The notes beneath the pieces are model-generated. The model ran no database searches and was not told the origin of the DNA. It saw only the letters and a list, made by a program, of their open reading frames with translations. A DNA stretch of 64,000 bases from Calothrix sp. CSU_2_0. GTDB lineage: Bacteria; Cyanobacteriota; Cyanobacteriia; Cyanobacteriales; Nostocaceae. Position numbers and translations under genes: made by a program. The stretch's first letter is position 1. Each line of letters starts with the position of its first letter. Of the stretch, positions 34,784 to 45,171 are shown piece after piece. The DNA lies in the NCBI GenBank assembly GCA_012034595.1, contig JAAUPE010000015.1:352-64351 (forward strand), read 5' to 3'.

Positions 34784-36103
34784 ATGAAAAGAACCTTTGT
34801 CCTCGATACCAATGTTTTGCTGCACGATCCTTCTGCAATTTTACGGTTCAAGGACAATGATGTAGTCTTACCAATCACTGTTATTGAAGAATTAGACCGC
34901 TTTAAAAAACAGCCGGAAATGACTGGAAGGAATGCTCGTCAAGTCTCACGAACGTTAGATTTATTTCGGCAGCAAGGACACTTAATCGAAGGGGTATCAA
35001 TCAATAATGGTGGTGTTTTAAAAGTTGCATTATGCAGTCGCGAAACCTTAAGTTCCCTACCCGTTGAACTCGAACATGGAAATGGAGATAATGCAATTCT
35101 TGCAGTTGCTTTGGAAATGAAGCGAGTTTGTCAATGTGACGTAGTTTTAGTCAGCAAAGATACGAATTTACGTATTAAAGCTGATGCAGTTGGATTAGAT
35201 GCAGAAGATTATGAAACAGACAAAGTTGATATCGATGAACTTTATACAGGAACAAAAGAATTAATTGTTTCTAGTAACGAAATCAATCAGTTTTTTAAAG
35301 ATGGTGTTTTAATCATTGATGATGATTTTTTCCCCAACGAAGCGATTACTCTTGTTGATGAATTCAACCCATCTCATACTGCATTAGGGATAGTTAATTA
35401 TGGAAGAATTGTACCACTAGAAAAAATTCCCGTTGGTAGTGTTTCCCGGATTCAACCTCGCAATCGCGAACAACAATTTGCCCTGAATTTATTATTAAAT
35501 GACTCAATATCTTTGGTAACACTAGTTGGCAAAGCCGGAACAGGAAAAACTTTATTAGCTATAGCCGCAGGATTACAAAAAATCGCTGACGAACGCATTT
35601 ACACTCGACTTTTAATATCTCGTCCCGTCATTCCAATGGGAAGAGATATTGGTTTTTTGCCAGGAGATATCAAAGAGAAACTTACTCCTTGGATGCAGCC
35701 ATTATATGATAATTTTGATTTGATTTTTGGTACACAAGATGCATCAGCAAAACCCGCCCATTGGCGACGGGGACATGAAGAATTAATCGAGCGGGGAATG
35801 TTGCAAATTGAACCTTTGACATATATTCGTGGTCGTACAATTCCCAAACAATTTTTAATAGTTGATGAGGCTCAAAATCTTACACCACATGAAGTCAAAA
35901 CAATTCTTACCAGGGCTGGAGAAGGCACAAAAGTAGTATTGACTGGTGACCCCGAACAAATCGATAATCCTTATGTTGATGCTGCTAGTAACGGCTTGAC
36001 TTATGTAGTCGAACAGTTTAAAAACGAACCTTTAGCAGGTCATATTACCCTAACGAAAGGAGAGCGATCGCATTTGGCAGAACGGGCGACAATATTACTT
36101 TGA
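34784..36103 (+). CDS. PhoH-like ATPase with an N-terminal PIN domain (YlaK-type)
   Basis: PIN start FVLDTNVLLHD, Walker A GKAGTGKT and Walker B LIVDEAQN. I chose ATG 34784 over GTG 34760. Confidence 0.9.
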   Translation: MKRTFVLDTNVLLHDPSAILRFKDNDVVLPITVIEELDRFKKQPEMTGRNARQVSRTLDLFRQQGHLIEGVSINNGGVLKVALCSRETLSSLPVELEHGNGDNAILAVALEMKRVCQCDVVLVSKDTNLRIKADAVGLDAEDYETDKVDIDELYTGTKELIVSSNEINQFFKDGVLIIDDDFFPNEAITLVDEFNPSHTALGIVNYGRIVPLEKIPVGSVSRIQPRNREQQFALNLLLNDSISLVTLVGKAGTGKTLLAIAAGLQKIADERIYTRLLISRPVIPMGRDIGFLPGDIKEKLTPWMQPLYDNFDLIFGTQDASAKPAHWRRGHEELIERGMLQIEPLTYIRGRTIPKQFLIVDEAQNLTPHEVKTILTRAGEGTKVVLTGDPEQIDNPYVDAASNGLTYVVEQFKNEPLAGHITLTKGERSHLAERATILL

Positions 36104-36124
36104 ATCTTAATACTTAATATAGAA

Positions 36125-36144
36125 AGACGCGATATATCACGTCT
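36125..36144. repeat. Small palindromic dispersed repeat (AGACGCGAT-type, one mismatch)
   Basis: agacgcgat-at-atcacgtct. Confidence 0.55.
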
Positions 36145-36192
36145 CTACATTTGCGGAATTACGATGTATTGAATCCCTACATTTACAAAATT

Positions 36193-36537
36193 ATGTCTCT
36201 AGAAGTTTATGGCATCCCTAATTGTGGAACCTGCAAAAAAGCTTTGCAATGGTTGCAAAGAAACAGCATCGAACATGTATTTATTAATATTAAGGAAAAC
36301 CCACCATCACCGGAAATGATTCAAAGTTGGGTCAAAATATTAGGTTTCCAGGTAATGCGAAATACTTCTGGTCAATCTTACCGAGCATTGGGTGAAGACA
36401 AGAAGTCTTGGAATGACCAACAATGGATCGAAGCATTTGCCAAAGATGGGATGTTGCTGAAGCGTCCGCTTTTAGTCAAAGATGGAACAGCAGTAATGGC
36501 AGGATTCAAAGAAGCAGAAATTCGCGACAAATTATGA
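36193..36537 (+). CDS. ArsC/Spx/YffB-family thioredoxin-fold protein
   Basis: MSLEVYGIPNCGTCKKALQWL ... LLKRPL. I chose the start at ATG 36193. Confidence 0.8.
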   Translation: MSLEVYGIPNCGTCKKALQWLQRNSIEHVFINIKENPPSPEMIQSWVKILGFQVMRNTSGQSYRALGEDKKSWNDQQWIEAFAKDGMLLKRPLLVKDGTAVMAGFKEAEIRDKL

Positions 36538-36615
36538 TTAATCTAAGGACAAATATCACCCGCAAAGAAACCGAGTTTCTGGCTTCACATGGGTAAGTCC
36601 TAACTGATATCTAAT

Positions 36616-38811
36616 TTACAATTTCGGTAAAATATCCGGTAATAACGCACCTGGTACTTTCGATAAGGCGATATTTTGTCCTTGAATACCTAACTCATTA
36701 TGGAATGCTCGAATTGCTTTAACTATATAAGCAAGAGTTGTTTGATAGCTTTCCGGTTGTTTACCCATGCCATTTAAAGCTTGCAAATGATTTTCTAATG
36801 CAGCTTCGAGATGTTCGGTACGAGACCTCCGGTAAGCTTCGCTAACGCTTTTGTCACCTTCGTAATAGGTATCTGTTACCAGTTGATAATGGGCAAGTCC
36901 CAAATTATTATGGGTAGCGAATAAATCGAAACTTAAAGGAATGCTATTGAGCGAATGGGCTAAACTCACAGCTTCCTCATAAGCACTAATACACATCTCC
37001 AAACACTTATATTTTTCTTCCTTGGGGGTTTGAGCTTGGTTTGCCAAATGCCAGTAAGCTGTACCCAAATTGTTTTGGGTTGCCGAACAAGCAGCAGGTT
37101 GATTTGTTGGTGTGCGGAATTTTAAAGCTTCTCTATATGCATTTATTGCTAAGTTGAGATTTTCTTCTTGTTGTTCGTACTGCGCCAAATTCCAATACGC
37201 CGTACCAATATTATTCTTAATCATGCCGTATTTTAGCGGTTCAGTGTTGGGAGTATAGTGAACTAGCGCTAATCCATAGGCTGCGATCGCTCGTTTCAAA
37301 TGTACGGCAGGTAAGTTATGCTGCGCTAAATGCCAGTATGCTGTACCTAAGTTATTTTGACATGCAGCAAATTTTAACGGTTCCATTTCCGCAGTTCGGT
37401 AGCGTAATGCTTCACCATAGGCAATAACTGCTTGCTGCCAGTTTGCAGATGGATCGGAAAATTTCGCCAAATCCCCATAGGCAGTTCCCAAATTATTTTG
37501 TACCCGTCCATAGGTATCGGGATGGGTTTCTGGGGAAATTAACTTTAATGCTAACTGATAAAATTCGATTCCCTGTTCGATATAGGATTGCCCCTCTTCA
37601 GAATTGGGAGGAGTTCGATATAACATCCAATACAAAGTTCCCAAGTCATTCAAAATATCGGGAACTTGAGGTGAAGTTTCATCGTATGTAATCGCTTCTT
37701 GATAAGCAATAATTGCCACCATTAAATTTTCTAAGGTGGAATGTCCTTGCTCAATCTGCAAGCGATATAAATTACCCAACTTTTGATAACCAACTGCCAA
37801 ACTTTCTACAGGAGCTTTTTGAGCATGTAATTCCTCGATTTCTGCTAAAGTCTCCTGTGGAGCCAGTTCCATTTCCCCATCTTGAACAGTAAAAGTATCT
37901 GCTGTTGCTAAAACAAGTTCGCTTAACTCCTTGGTAATATGGGATAACCGAGGTGCTACCGTCGCTTCTGCGGAAATATCTTTGACTTGTGGTGGTTCAT
38001 CTTGGGGTAAACCGACAGCCGACAATTCTGATTTTGGTAATTTTTCTGAAGGTTTATAACTGCGATTTACGACTTTATCGGTGATTGGAAAATCATAATC
38101 ATCCGGTGGAATTACATCATCTAAAATTGTTTGTTCGAGACTGCCCGTATCCAATACCCGCGAACTGGAAAATCTTTCCGGAGAACCCTTAGTTTTTGCT
38201 GTTGGGGTTGGTTCCCCAGCGAAACTAAATACACCAGTCCGACACCGCCAAAACTGTGGTGCTGACTGCTGAATCGCGTGTAACCAAGGACGGGGAACCC
38301 ACAGCAATAAACTCGATTCCAAAAAATAACTTGACTCTTGCGCGGAAAGATGCTGCTCAGTCAACCGCAGATAATGCAAAAATAATCTTTGTGTTGCTAC
38401 AGGTTGGCGCGTCAATTGTTCCGTACCAACTATCTGAAATCCCGGTATTGGTAAAGGTCTACCCGGAGTTTCCTTAGTTCCCCCAACAATTGGTGGTGGG
38501 TAATTTGTTAACCATTGATTAATTTGGGCAATGGGATTCGGGTCACTTAAATTCAATCGCAGCGTTACCAAACGTGGATATGCTGGCGTACTTGCCTCAA
38601 ACGAATTCGCTGGCTGGTACAAAACCTGCCCTACGGGGTATGCCAGGGTTGAGTGCAACCTCGCTGCCACCTGATTTCGGAGGTTTAAATCGTCACACAC
38701 CGCCAAAAACATTTGTCGCCGCAAACCCAGCCCTAAAGCTAGTTTGAGACGGTGATAGACCTGCTTGTTCCAAGCAAAATTGTCTGGGTGTGTAGTATCA
38801 TTCACGCTCAT
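36616..38811 (-). CDS. Tetratricopeptide-repeat protein with a non-TPR N-terminal domain of about 200 aa
   Basis: The C-terminal half has many units of the form NNLGTAYW..A..AY.EAL. Confidence 0.85.
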   Translation of the reverse strand: MSVNDTTHPDNFAWNKQVYHRLKLALGLGLRRQMFLAVCDDLNLRNQVAARLHSTLAYPVGQVLYQPANSFEASTPAYPRLVTLRLNLSDPNPIAQINQWLTNYPPPIVGGTKETPGRPLPIPGFQIVGTEQLTRQPVATQRLFLHYLRLTEQHLSAQESSYFLESSLLLWVPRPWLHAIQQSAPQFWRCRTGVFSFAGEPTPTAKTKGSPERFSSSRVLDTGSLEQTILDDVIPPDDYDFPITDKVVNRSYKPSEKLPKSELSAVGLPQDEPPQVKDISAEATVAPRLSHITKELSELVLATADTFTVQDGEMELAPQETLAEIEELHAQKAPVESLAVGYQKLGNLYRLQIEQGHSTLENLMVAIIAYQEAITYDETSPQVPDILNDLGTLYWMLYRTPPNSEEGQSYIEQGIEFYQLALKLISPETHPDTYGRVQNNLGTAYGDLAKFSDPSANWQQAVIAYGEALRYRTAEMEPLKFAACQNNLGTAYWHLAQHNLPAVHLKRAIAAYGLALVHYTPNTEPLKYGMIKNNIGTAYWNLAQYEQQEENLNLAINAYREALKFRTPTNQPAACSATQNNLGTAYWHLANQAQTPKEEKYKCLEMCISAYEEAVSLAHSLNSIPLSFDLFATHNNLGLAHYQLVTDTYYEGDKSVSEAYRRSRTEHLEAALENHLQALNGMGKQPESYQTTLAYIVKAIRAFHNELGIQGQNIALSKVPGALLPDILPKL

Positions 38812-39051
38812 GGTGGCATCACCGCCAAATCCTGTTTACTTTCGCTCTTAAAATATTTGTAGATAGCTCATAACTCTTACCCTGTCTATGTTTTTCATCC
38901 TGCGATCGCACCGCTCAGGACAAAAGTTATTTTAACTCCTTACGAAAATTAATGTATTCAATTATACGGTTTCCTTTATGTAATTTTAACAAATAAAAAG
39001 CAGGTTCACACAGAACGCGGAACCTGAAAATGATAGCAGAAGTATTTAAAA

Positions 39052-39071
39052 AGACGCGATATATCGCGTCT
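39052..39071. repeat. Small palindromic dispersed repeat (perfect), possibly the terminator of the psb34-like gene
   Basis: agacgcgat-at-atcgcgtct lies 35 nt past the stop. A half copy, ttgcgtctctg, is at 39091-39101. Confidence 0.55.
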
Positions 39072-39105
39072 CTTCTAAAATAAGAATATATTGCGTCTCT
39101 GATTT

Positions 39106-39291
39106 TTAACCGACATTGGAAACAGAGTAGGCAACAACAATCAAGCCAGCAATTAATGCGATCGCGGCAATTCCGAGGAAAATATAGTTACGTTTTTGCC
39201 CATCAGTTGGGGGTTCTGCTGTATAAAGTTTTGGTTCTCTAGCAAAGTTATTCAGACGACCGCCTTCTTCTGTGGTGTAGGGCATAAACAA
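39106..39291 (-). CDS. psb34: ssl1498-family light-harvesting-like single-helix protein (Psb34-like PSII assembly factor)
   Basis: MPYTTEEGGRLNNFAREPKLY.. followed by one C-terminal TM helix. The family motif is recalled from memory. The start may be Met3 at 39285. Confidence 0.6.
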   Translation of the reverse strand: MFMPYTTEEGGRLNNFAREPKLYTAEPPTDGQKRNYIFLGIAAIALIAGLIVVAYSVSNVG

Positions 39292-39561
39292 TTTCCTTAT
39301 TTAAGTTTTGTGTTTTGACTTTCGCTTAATGTTACATAAATCGCTATATGTACTTCAAAACTTAGAGATAAAACTTTACAAAAAACTGAGTACTAACGGC
39401 GATTGCCTAGTACGACTGTTTTTGTTTTAGGGAATGGGTGAATAGTTTTTTGCTAAATTATTAACAACTCTAAGAGAATTTTCAAAAAGATGGAGACAAG
39501 AGAAACTCATCCTAAACAGCAGGTGAAAAATAGGACTAAAATAAAATAGCCCTTTGTTAGC

Positions 39562-40512
39562 GTGAGGGAGAATCGTTTGTTAGTATCTTCTTCTCAACTA
39601 TACGACAAATTTATTAAACAGGTAATCGTTTTAAGTCAACAAAAAGAATTTTCATTAACCTCTTTAATAAATAACTATTTAATCGTGAATTATCAGCTTA
39701 AATTAGAGCAAATAGACAAACTAAAAGCTTGGTTGGATGGATTTAGACCTTTTGAATCAACGATTGTCACCGAACTCAAAAAACTCTATGATGTCCGATT
39801 TACTTATAACTCTAATGCCATTGAAGGTAATACTTTAACTCAAAGTGAAACCGAGTTAGTTTTAACTAAGGGCATTACTGTTGGGGGTAAAACCCTCGAC
39901 GAACATTTAGAAGTTATCGGACATAAAGATGCGATCGACTATATTGAAAGTTTAGCCAAAAAAGATACAGAAATTAGTGAATGGGAAATCAAACAAATTC
40001 ACAATCTAATTCTCCGAAAAATCAACCCTGATGAAGCTGGTAGTTATCGTACTCTAGATGTGATGGCAGCAGGAACTAATTATCATTATCCTCCACATTA
40101 TTTACTATCTCAATTAATGAGAGATTTTACAATCTGGCTGAATTCAGAATCTGCTTTAAAACTCCATCCAGTCGAATATGCGACTATGGCTCATTATCGC
40201 TTTGTCTCTATCCATCCTTTTCGGGATGGGAATGGTCGAACTGCTAGATTATTAATGAATTTACTCTTAATCCGTGCGGGCTATCCAATTGTTGTTATTA
40301 ACAATCAAATACGCAGTGATTATATTAATGCTTTGGTATATGGTCAACAAAATCAAGATGATTTAGGTCAGCTTTTTGCTTTGGTTTTTGATGCTACTAT
40401 TACTTCACTTGTGGAAATTTTAAGATTATTAGTTACTGCAAATAGCAGTCGGAAAAAAGGAGAGATTTTTTATCAGGAAATTACTGATTTTATCGATCGT
40501 AGCGGGTTGTGA
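39562..40512 (+). CDS. Fic-family protein (AMPylase type) with an intramolecular inhibitory motif
   Basis: Active-site motif HPFRDGNGRTARLL, with an upstream SNAIEGN matching the (S/T)xxxE(G/N) inhibitory-helix motif. GTG start. Confidence 0.9.
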   Translation: MRENRLLVSSSQLYDKFIKQVIVLSQQKEFSLTSLINNYLIVNYQLKLEQIDKLKAWLDGFRPFESTIVTELKKLYDVRFTYNSNAIEGNTLTQSETELVLTKGITVGGKTLDEHLEVIGHKDAIDYIESLAKKDTEISEWEIKQIHNLILRKINPDEAGSYRTLDVMAAGTNYHYPPHYLLSQLMRDFTIWLNSESALKLHPVEYATMAHYRFVSIHPFRDGNGRTARLLMNLLLIRAGYPIVVINNQIRSDYINALVYGQQNQDDLGQLFALVFDATITSLVEILRLLVTANSSRKKGEIFYQEITDFIDRSGL

Positions 40513-40700
40513 TGAGATAGAGGATTATTTTAGGACATGTTTGAAAAGTACCTATCTATGTCACTATGAGTAGACAGTTAAACAAAAATCCTAAGCTAAG
40601 ATTTCCTGAGTTTAAAATTGAAGAAACCTAACTCTAAAAGCTCGATCGACCTACTGCCGATAATCCTCTTTTTATAGATAAATATTGAATAATACTAATT

Positions 40701-41282
40701 ATGATTGTCGTAAAAGAAAATTCCCCACAGCTTACCCCTGAAGAATATTTTGCCTGGGAAGACAAACAGCTAGAAAAGCATGAGTATATTAATGGTCAAG
40801 TCTATGCCATGAGCGGCGGCAGTGTAAATCATGGTCGCATTGCCATCAAATTTACCGCCATGTTCGATACACATTTAGACAATAACGGCTGTATAACTGG
40901 CAATTCTGACATTAAGGTTAATATTGTCACCACGAATAACTATACCTATCCAGATGCGAGTGTAACTTGCGACGAACGGGATAAAAGCACTGCTAACTAT
41001 TTTACTTATCCATGCTTAATCGTTGAAGTTTTATCAGATAGTACTGAGGCTTATGACCGAGGTGGTAAGTTTAGAATGTATCGAAATAACCCGATTTTAC
41101 AAGATTATTTATTAGTTAGCTCTACCAAAATTGAGATGGACTTATATCAGAAGAATGATGCTGGTGATTGGGTGATTATTAATTACCAAGTAGGGGATAC
41201 TGTGGAGCTAAAAAGCATTAATTTGAGTTTTCCGATCGAGCAAGTCTATCGCGGCTTGATTCTCACTCCAGTATCTGAATAG
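40701..41282 (+). CDS. Uma2-family (DUF820) restriction-endonuclease-like protein
   Basis: LTPEEYFAWE...HEYINGQVYAMSGGS.NH ... DASV ... PCLIVEVLS.ST. These are the typical PD-(D/E)xK Uma2 motifs. Confidence 0.85.
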   Translation: MIVVKENSPQLTPEEYFAWEDKQLEKHEYINGQVYAMSGGSVNHGRIAIKFTAMFDTHLDNNGCITGNSDIKVNIVTTNNYTYPDASVTCDERDKSTANYFTYPCLIVEVLSDSTEAYDRGGKFRMYRNNPILQDYLLVSSTKIEMDLYQKNDAGDWVIINYQVGDTVELKSINLSFPIEQVYRGLILTPVSE

Positions 41283-41416
41283 ATTCTATATTATTTCGGA
41301 TTATCGCAAATATCGTTAAAACTTTCGATGCCTCATTTTGAATACTCGATCGAACTATCGAGAAAATAGACGAAGTATTCAAAAAGTCGTCAACAAAGAG
41401 AAAGGCAAAGTTAATT

Positions 41417-42601
41417 ATGAAAATTGTTTCTATAAAAATCAAAAACTACCGTGCCTTTGAAAACTTAGAAGTAAAAGACATTCCCGCCTTTTGTGTCATC
41501 ATCGGAGCCAACGGTACAGGTAAATCAACCCTCTTTGATGTATTTGGCTTTTTAGGCGATGCCCTAAAAAATAATATTCGCCAAGCCCTTCAGATTCGAG
41601 GTGGATTTAACGAAGTTGTCACTAGGGGCAAAGAACAAGAAGATATCGAAATCGAACTTAAATTTCGCATGAAAATTCTGGAAACAGAACGCCTCATTAC
41701 ATATATTCTAAGCATTGGACAAGACGAAAGACGACCTTTAGTCAAAAGAGAAATCTTACGCTACAAGCGCGGCGAATATGGTTCTCCCTATCACTTTTTG
41801 GACTTCCAGAATGGTAAAGGATACGCCATCACCAACGAAGAAAACTTTGAACAAACCGACGAAGAACTAGAACGTGAAGAACAACAACTCGAATCCAATG
41901 ATATTTTAGCAATTAAAGGACTGGGGCAATTTCAACGTTTCAAAGCCGCCAGCGCTTTCCGTTCCCTGATCGAAAATTGGCACGTTTCCGACTTCCATAT
42001 CAGCGATGCCAGAGGCAGCGCATTCGCACTCTATGCCGAACATCTCTCCCCCACAGGCGATAATATGGCAGTCGTTGCCCAATATATTTATCAAAACCAT
42101 CCCGATATATTCCGAACCATCCTCACAAAAATGCAGGAAAGAGTCCCCGGTATTTCCAAAGTAGAAGCAAAAGAAACAGAAGACGGCAGATTAATCCTCA
42201 AGTTTAAAGACCAAGCCTTTACAGACCCCTTCATCGATCGCTATGTTTCCGACGGCACAATGAAAATGTTTGCCTACTTAATTCTACTATTCGATCCCAA
42301 ACCTCACCCTTTACTTTGTGTCGAAGAACCCGAAAATCAACTTTATCCTAGCCTTCTCCACGAACTCGCCGACGAATTTGCCAGTTATGCCCACAGAGGT
42401 GGGCAAGTCTTTGTTTCTACCCATTCCCCCGACTTTCTTAATGCCGTTCCACTAGACAGTATTTTCTGGCTGGCAAAAGAACAAGGTACTACAAAAATTT
42501 TTCGAGCTACCAATAGCGAAACCCTGAAAAACTTAGTTCAAGCGGGAGATTTACCTGGATATCTTTGGAATCAAGGCTGGTTTGAAGGAGTTGCTCCCTA
42601 A
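41417..42601 (+). CDS. ABC/SMC-type AAA ATPase (AAA_15/AAA_21-like), of the type usually paired with a DUF4276 gene
   Basis: N-terminus IKNYRAFE.., Walker A GANGTGKST, Walker B/D-loop LLCVEEPENQLYP and H-loop VFVSTHSP. Confidence 0.85.
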   Translation: MKIVSIKIKNYRAFENLEVKDIPAFCVIIGANGTGKSTLFDVFGFLGDALKNNIRQALQIRGGFNEVVTRGKEQEDIEIELKFRMKILETERLITYILSIGQDERRPLVKREILRYKRGEYGSPYHFLDFQNGKGYAITNEENFEQTDEELEREEQQLESNDILAIKGLGQFQRFKAASAFRSLIENWHVSDFHISDARGSAFALYAEHLSPTGDNMAVVAQYIYQNHPDIFRTILTKMQERVPGISKVEAKETEDGRLILKFKDQAFTDPFIDRYVSDGTMKMFAYLILLFDPKPHPLLCVEEPENQLYPSLLHELADEFASYAHRGGQVFVSTHSPDFLNAVPLDSIFWLAKEQGTTKIFRATNSETLKNLVQAGDLPGYLWNQGWFEGVAP

Positions 42602-42732
42602 TGAGTTACGATCTTATATTTTTATTAGAAGAACCTTCTATAGAAAATGTTTTAATTTGGGCAAACAACCGTTTGCCCCTACGGTTAAATGACTTCGGGT
42701 TTGTGGATGGTTGTTTTTGCGATCGCTCCTGA
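42601..42732 (+). pseudogene. Possible truncated remnant of the ATPase partner gene (DUF4276-like N-terminus only)
   Basis: The ATG overlaps the ATPase stop (TAATG). The first 18 codons, MSYDLIFLLEEPSIENVL, resemble the N-terminal strand and acidic motif of the partner family. The frame then runs into unrelated sequence and the convergent gene. Confidence 0.25.
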
Positions 42733-44780
42733 ATTACCCTGCTTTGATGGTGGTTTCCCTATATTAATTGCATAATTAATCGCTAAAAGTCGCAACCATA
42801 AACCTGGATAGCGAGATTCTAGCCAAGTTTGATTTCGTTTCAGAAAACCCCCAAACCAAAAACTAAGTAAAGTACTGACAATTGCGTGACGGGTAAAATT
42901 CACGTAATTACCAAGCCATCTAAATAAATCTTTGGCTCCAGCAAGTTCCCAAATCCACAATAATAAGACGGGATTTTTTCTGGCAGCTTTTAATGCTAAG
43001 TGATTAAATGTTAACCAATCAAATCTATCTTTAATAAAATTTTCGGCAACTTCTGGGGATGAATCTGCAAGTAAGCCAAAGAAGTTATTTAACATGGAGT
43101 TGATGCGTTGGGGAGGTAAAAATTTACCTGTGGGAACCATCATCCCTTTAGAAAACATCCAAGTTACCGCAACATTACTTTGGAAAGCGCGAATTGCATT
43201 TAAATGCTTGAAGCTGAGTAAATCGTGTTTCAAAGCTACATCGAGCAACTTTGTTAGACGTTCCAAATTGCGAACTAGGGAACCAAACCCAGTAAATACT
43301 AGTGGAGATTGTAGAGATGCAGCATCACCGATCGCAATTAGTCGATCGAATGCCACAGTGCGATCGCGTGCATTAGTACTAAAATGTCCGGGAATATAAC
43401 CGAATGTGGGTTTTTTCCATTCCAATTTGTCGATATCGCAGCGTCGATATTCTGGCAGAATTGTGAAAAAGTCTTCGTACATTTCCAGCAATGAACCAGG
43501 ATTTTTAGCGTTGACTTGGTGATAGTGGAATAAGTAAATCGTCAATTCGTCATTAGCAGCAGGAAATAATTCCCAAATTAATTGCCTTCCCCGTGATATA
43601 TCTCCGTGACTGTAAAGTACATCACCGTAATTTGCATCCCAAACCCCTGGTTCAAAACCGGATATCACCGCACCCACCGTTGGACATACACTATCAAAAG
43701 CACGATGACCATTTAATTGCCAAGCTATCGGTGAAGCTGTTCCCATTGCATCTATGAGTAATCGACAGCTAACTTGTTTTTCCGTACCATTTGTTAAATC
43801 TTTAACGGTAATTACAGCTTGGGAATTACCTACATCAGCGCGAATAAATTCAGTCTCACCCCAAATTTCACCTCCTGCTGCTTTGAGTTTCTCTCCGCAC
43901 ATTTTCAGCCATTTATCTGACTCTAAAGCAATATTTAATACGGTGGGTGTGTGTAATATGGGTGCTTTTAAATGGGCTGGATTATTGGCATCAAAAAACT
44001 TGTTAATCCATCTTTATATTCCCGTGCAATAATCAATTCGACTTCATTCGGAGTCAACAAACCCAAATTGATTAAACTTTGAATTTCATCCCGCGAAATA
44101 TTCCACTCCCGGTTCATCCGTCCAAACGGTAATCTTTCTACCAGCAAGACTTTGTAACCCAAACGAGCCATTACGGCAGCGTGGATAACTCCTAATGCAC
44201 CTCCGATGTAAATTAAGTCAAATTGGCTTGATTGGGGATTGGGAGTTTTTGCTGTGGATGCCTGTTGATGGGAGAAAATCACCTGACGGGGTTGTTGGGG
44301 ATTTCTCACGCCTTCACGCCAGCGCTGTTCCCACCAGTAAGCCCGTGTCAGGTCATATTCCCCATTCGGCATTTTTTGGAAATATTTGACAGTGAGCGGG
44401 TAATCGGCTGCTAAAGCATCAAAAATCGACTGTTGGGATAGATTAATTGTTGGGGGTTCTGGGTATTTATGCGGAAAGCGATCGCGAATCGATTTTGTTA
44501 GCTGCTTGAGGATATGCATCTCCTGGGGAAAGGGTTTATCCCCCCAACGAAATATCTTCAGATAGGTAGTTCGTTGCACCGACCAAACAAAAGCCGACAG
44601 TTCGTTAGGTAATTTTTCCGAATTATCCGAATTTTTGGTGAGAGAATCAGCCATTCTCAACCGAAAACCGTCAAAAGTCACGATTTTATCACCAATTCCT
44701 GGATTGAGATCCTCTTGCAACCAAGTTAAAACCTTTGCTGTATCAGGATTTGGGATTTCTAGATAAAGTAGTTCTTTCAT
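42685..44780 (-). pseudogene. CruA/CruP-type lycopene-cyclase-family flavoprotein split by a 1-nt frameshift
   Basis: ORFs 43968..44780 and 42685..43902 are consecutive halves. The upstream ORF carries the dinucleotide-binding fold DLIYIGGALGVIHAAVMARLGYKVLLVER. The frame of the second ORF is open back across an A6/T6 run at 43993-43998. Confidence 0.7.
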
Positions 44781-44937
44781 TTTTTAGCTTTCTCCGATAA
44801 ATCTACTCATTAAGACAGATTTAATAACCCGATAAATTGCGGTAAACTCCGCCCTATCGGTTAGATGAAAATTCAGTAAAGAAATCTTAAGAATTTAACA
44901 AATATACCTTTCATTTGTTCGCCTATAACCTCACACC

Positions 44938-45171
44938 ATGAATTATCCCATTCCAGAGAACCCACAAGGCATTTTTGAAATGCGTCAACAGCCAGTTGAT
45001 GAAGAATTGGTAGCAGCTGCGATCGCAGGGGTAATCAAAATAGTTCGCTCCCAAGGTCAATCTCTTGAAGAGCTTACAGCCGAAGTTTTGGCTGATGATA
45101 CTGTTCTCGATAAACAACAGCGTCGTTGGTTGAGTCAAGTTGTCACCCAGGCATGGGATACGATTTCTTGA
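44938..45171 (+). CDS. Small conserved-looking hypothetical protein (77 aa)
   Basis: Clean ORF divergent from the cruA-like gene, with reasonable composition. No recognisable motif. Confidence 0.45.
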   Translation: MNYPIPENPQGIFEMRQQPVDEELVAAAIAGVIKIVRSQGQSLEELTAEVLADDTVLDKQQRRWLSQVVTQAWDTIS

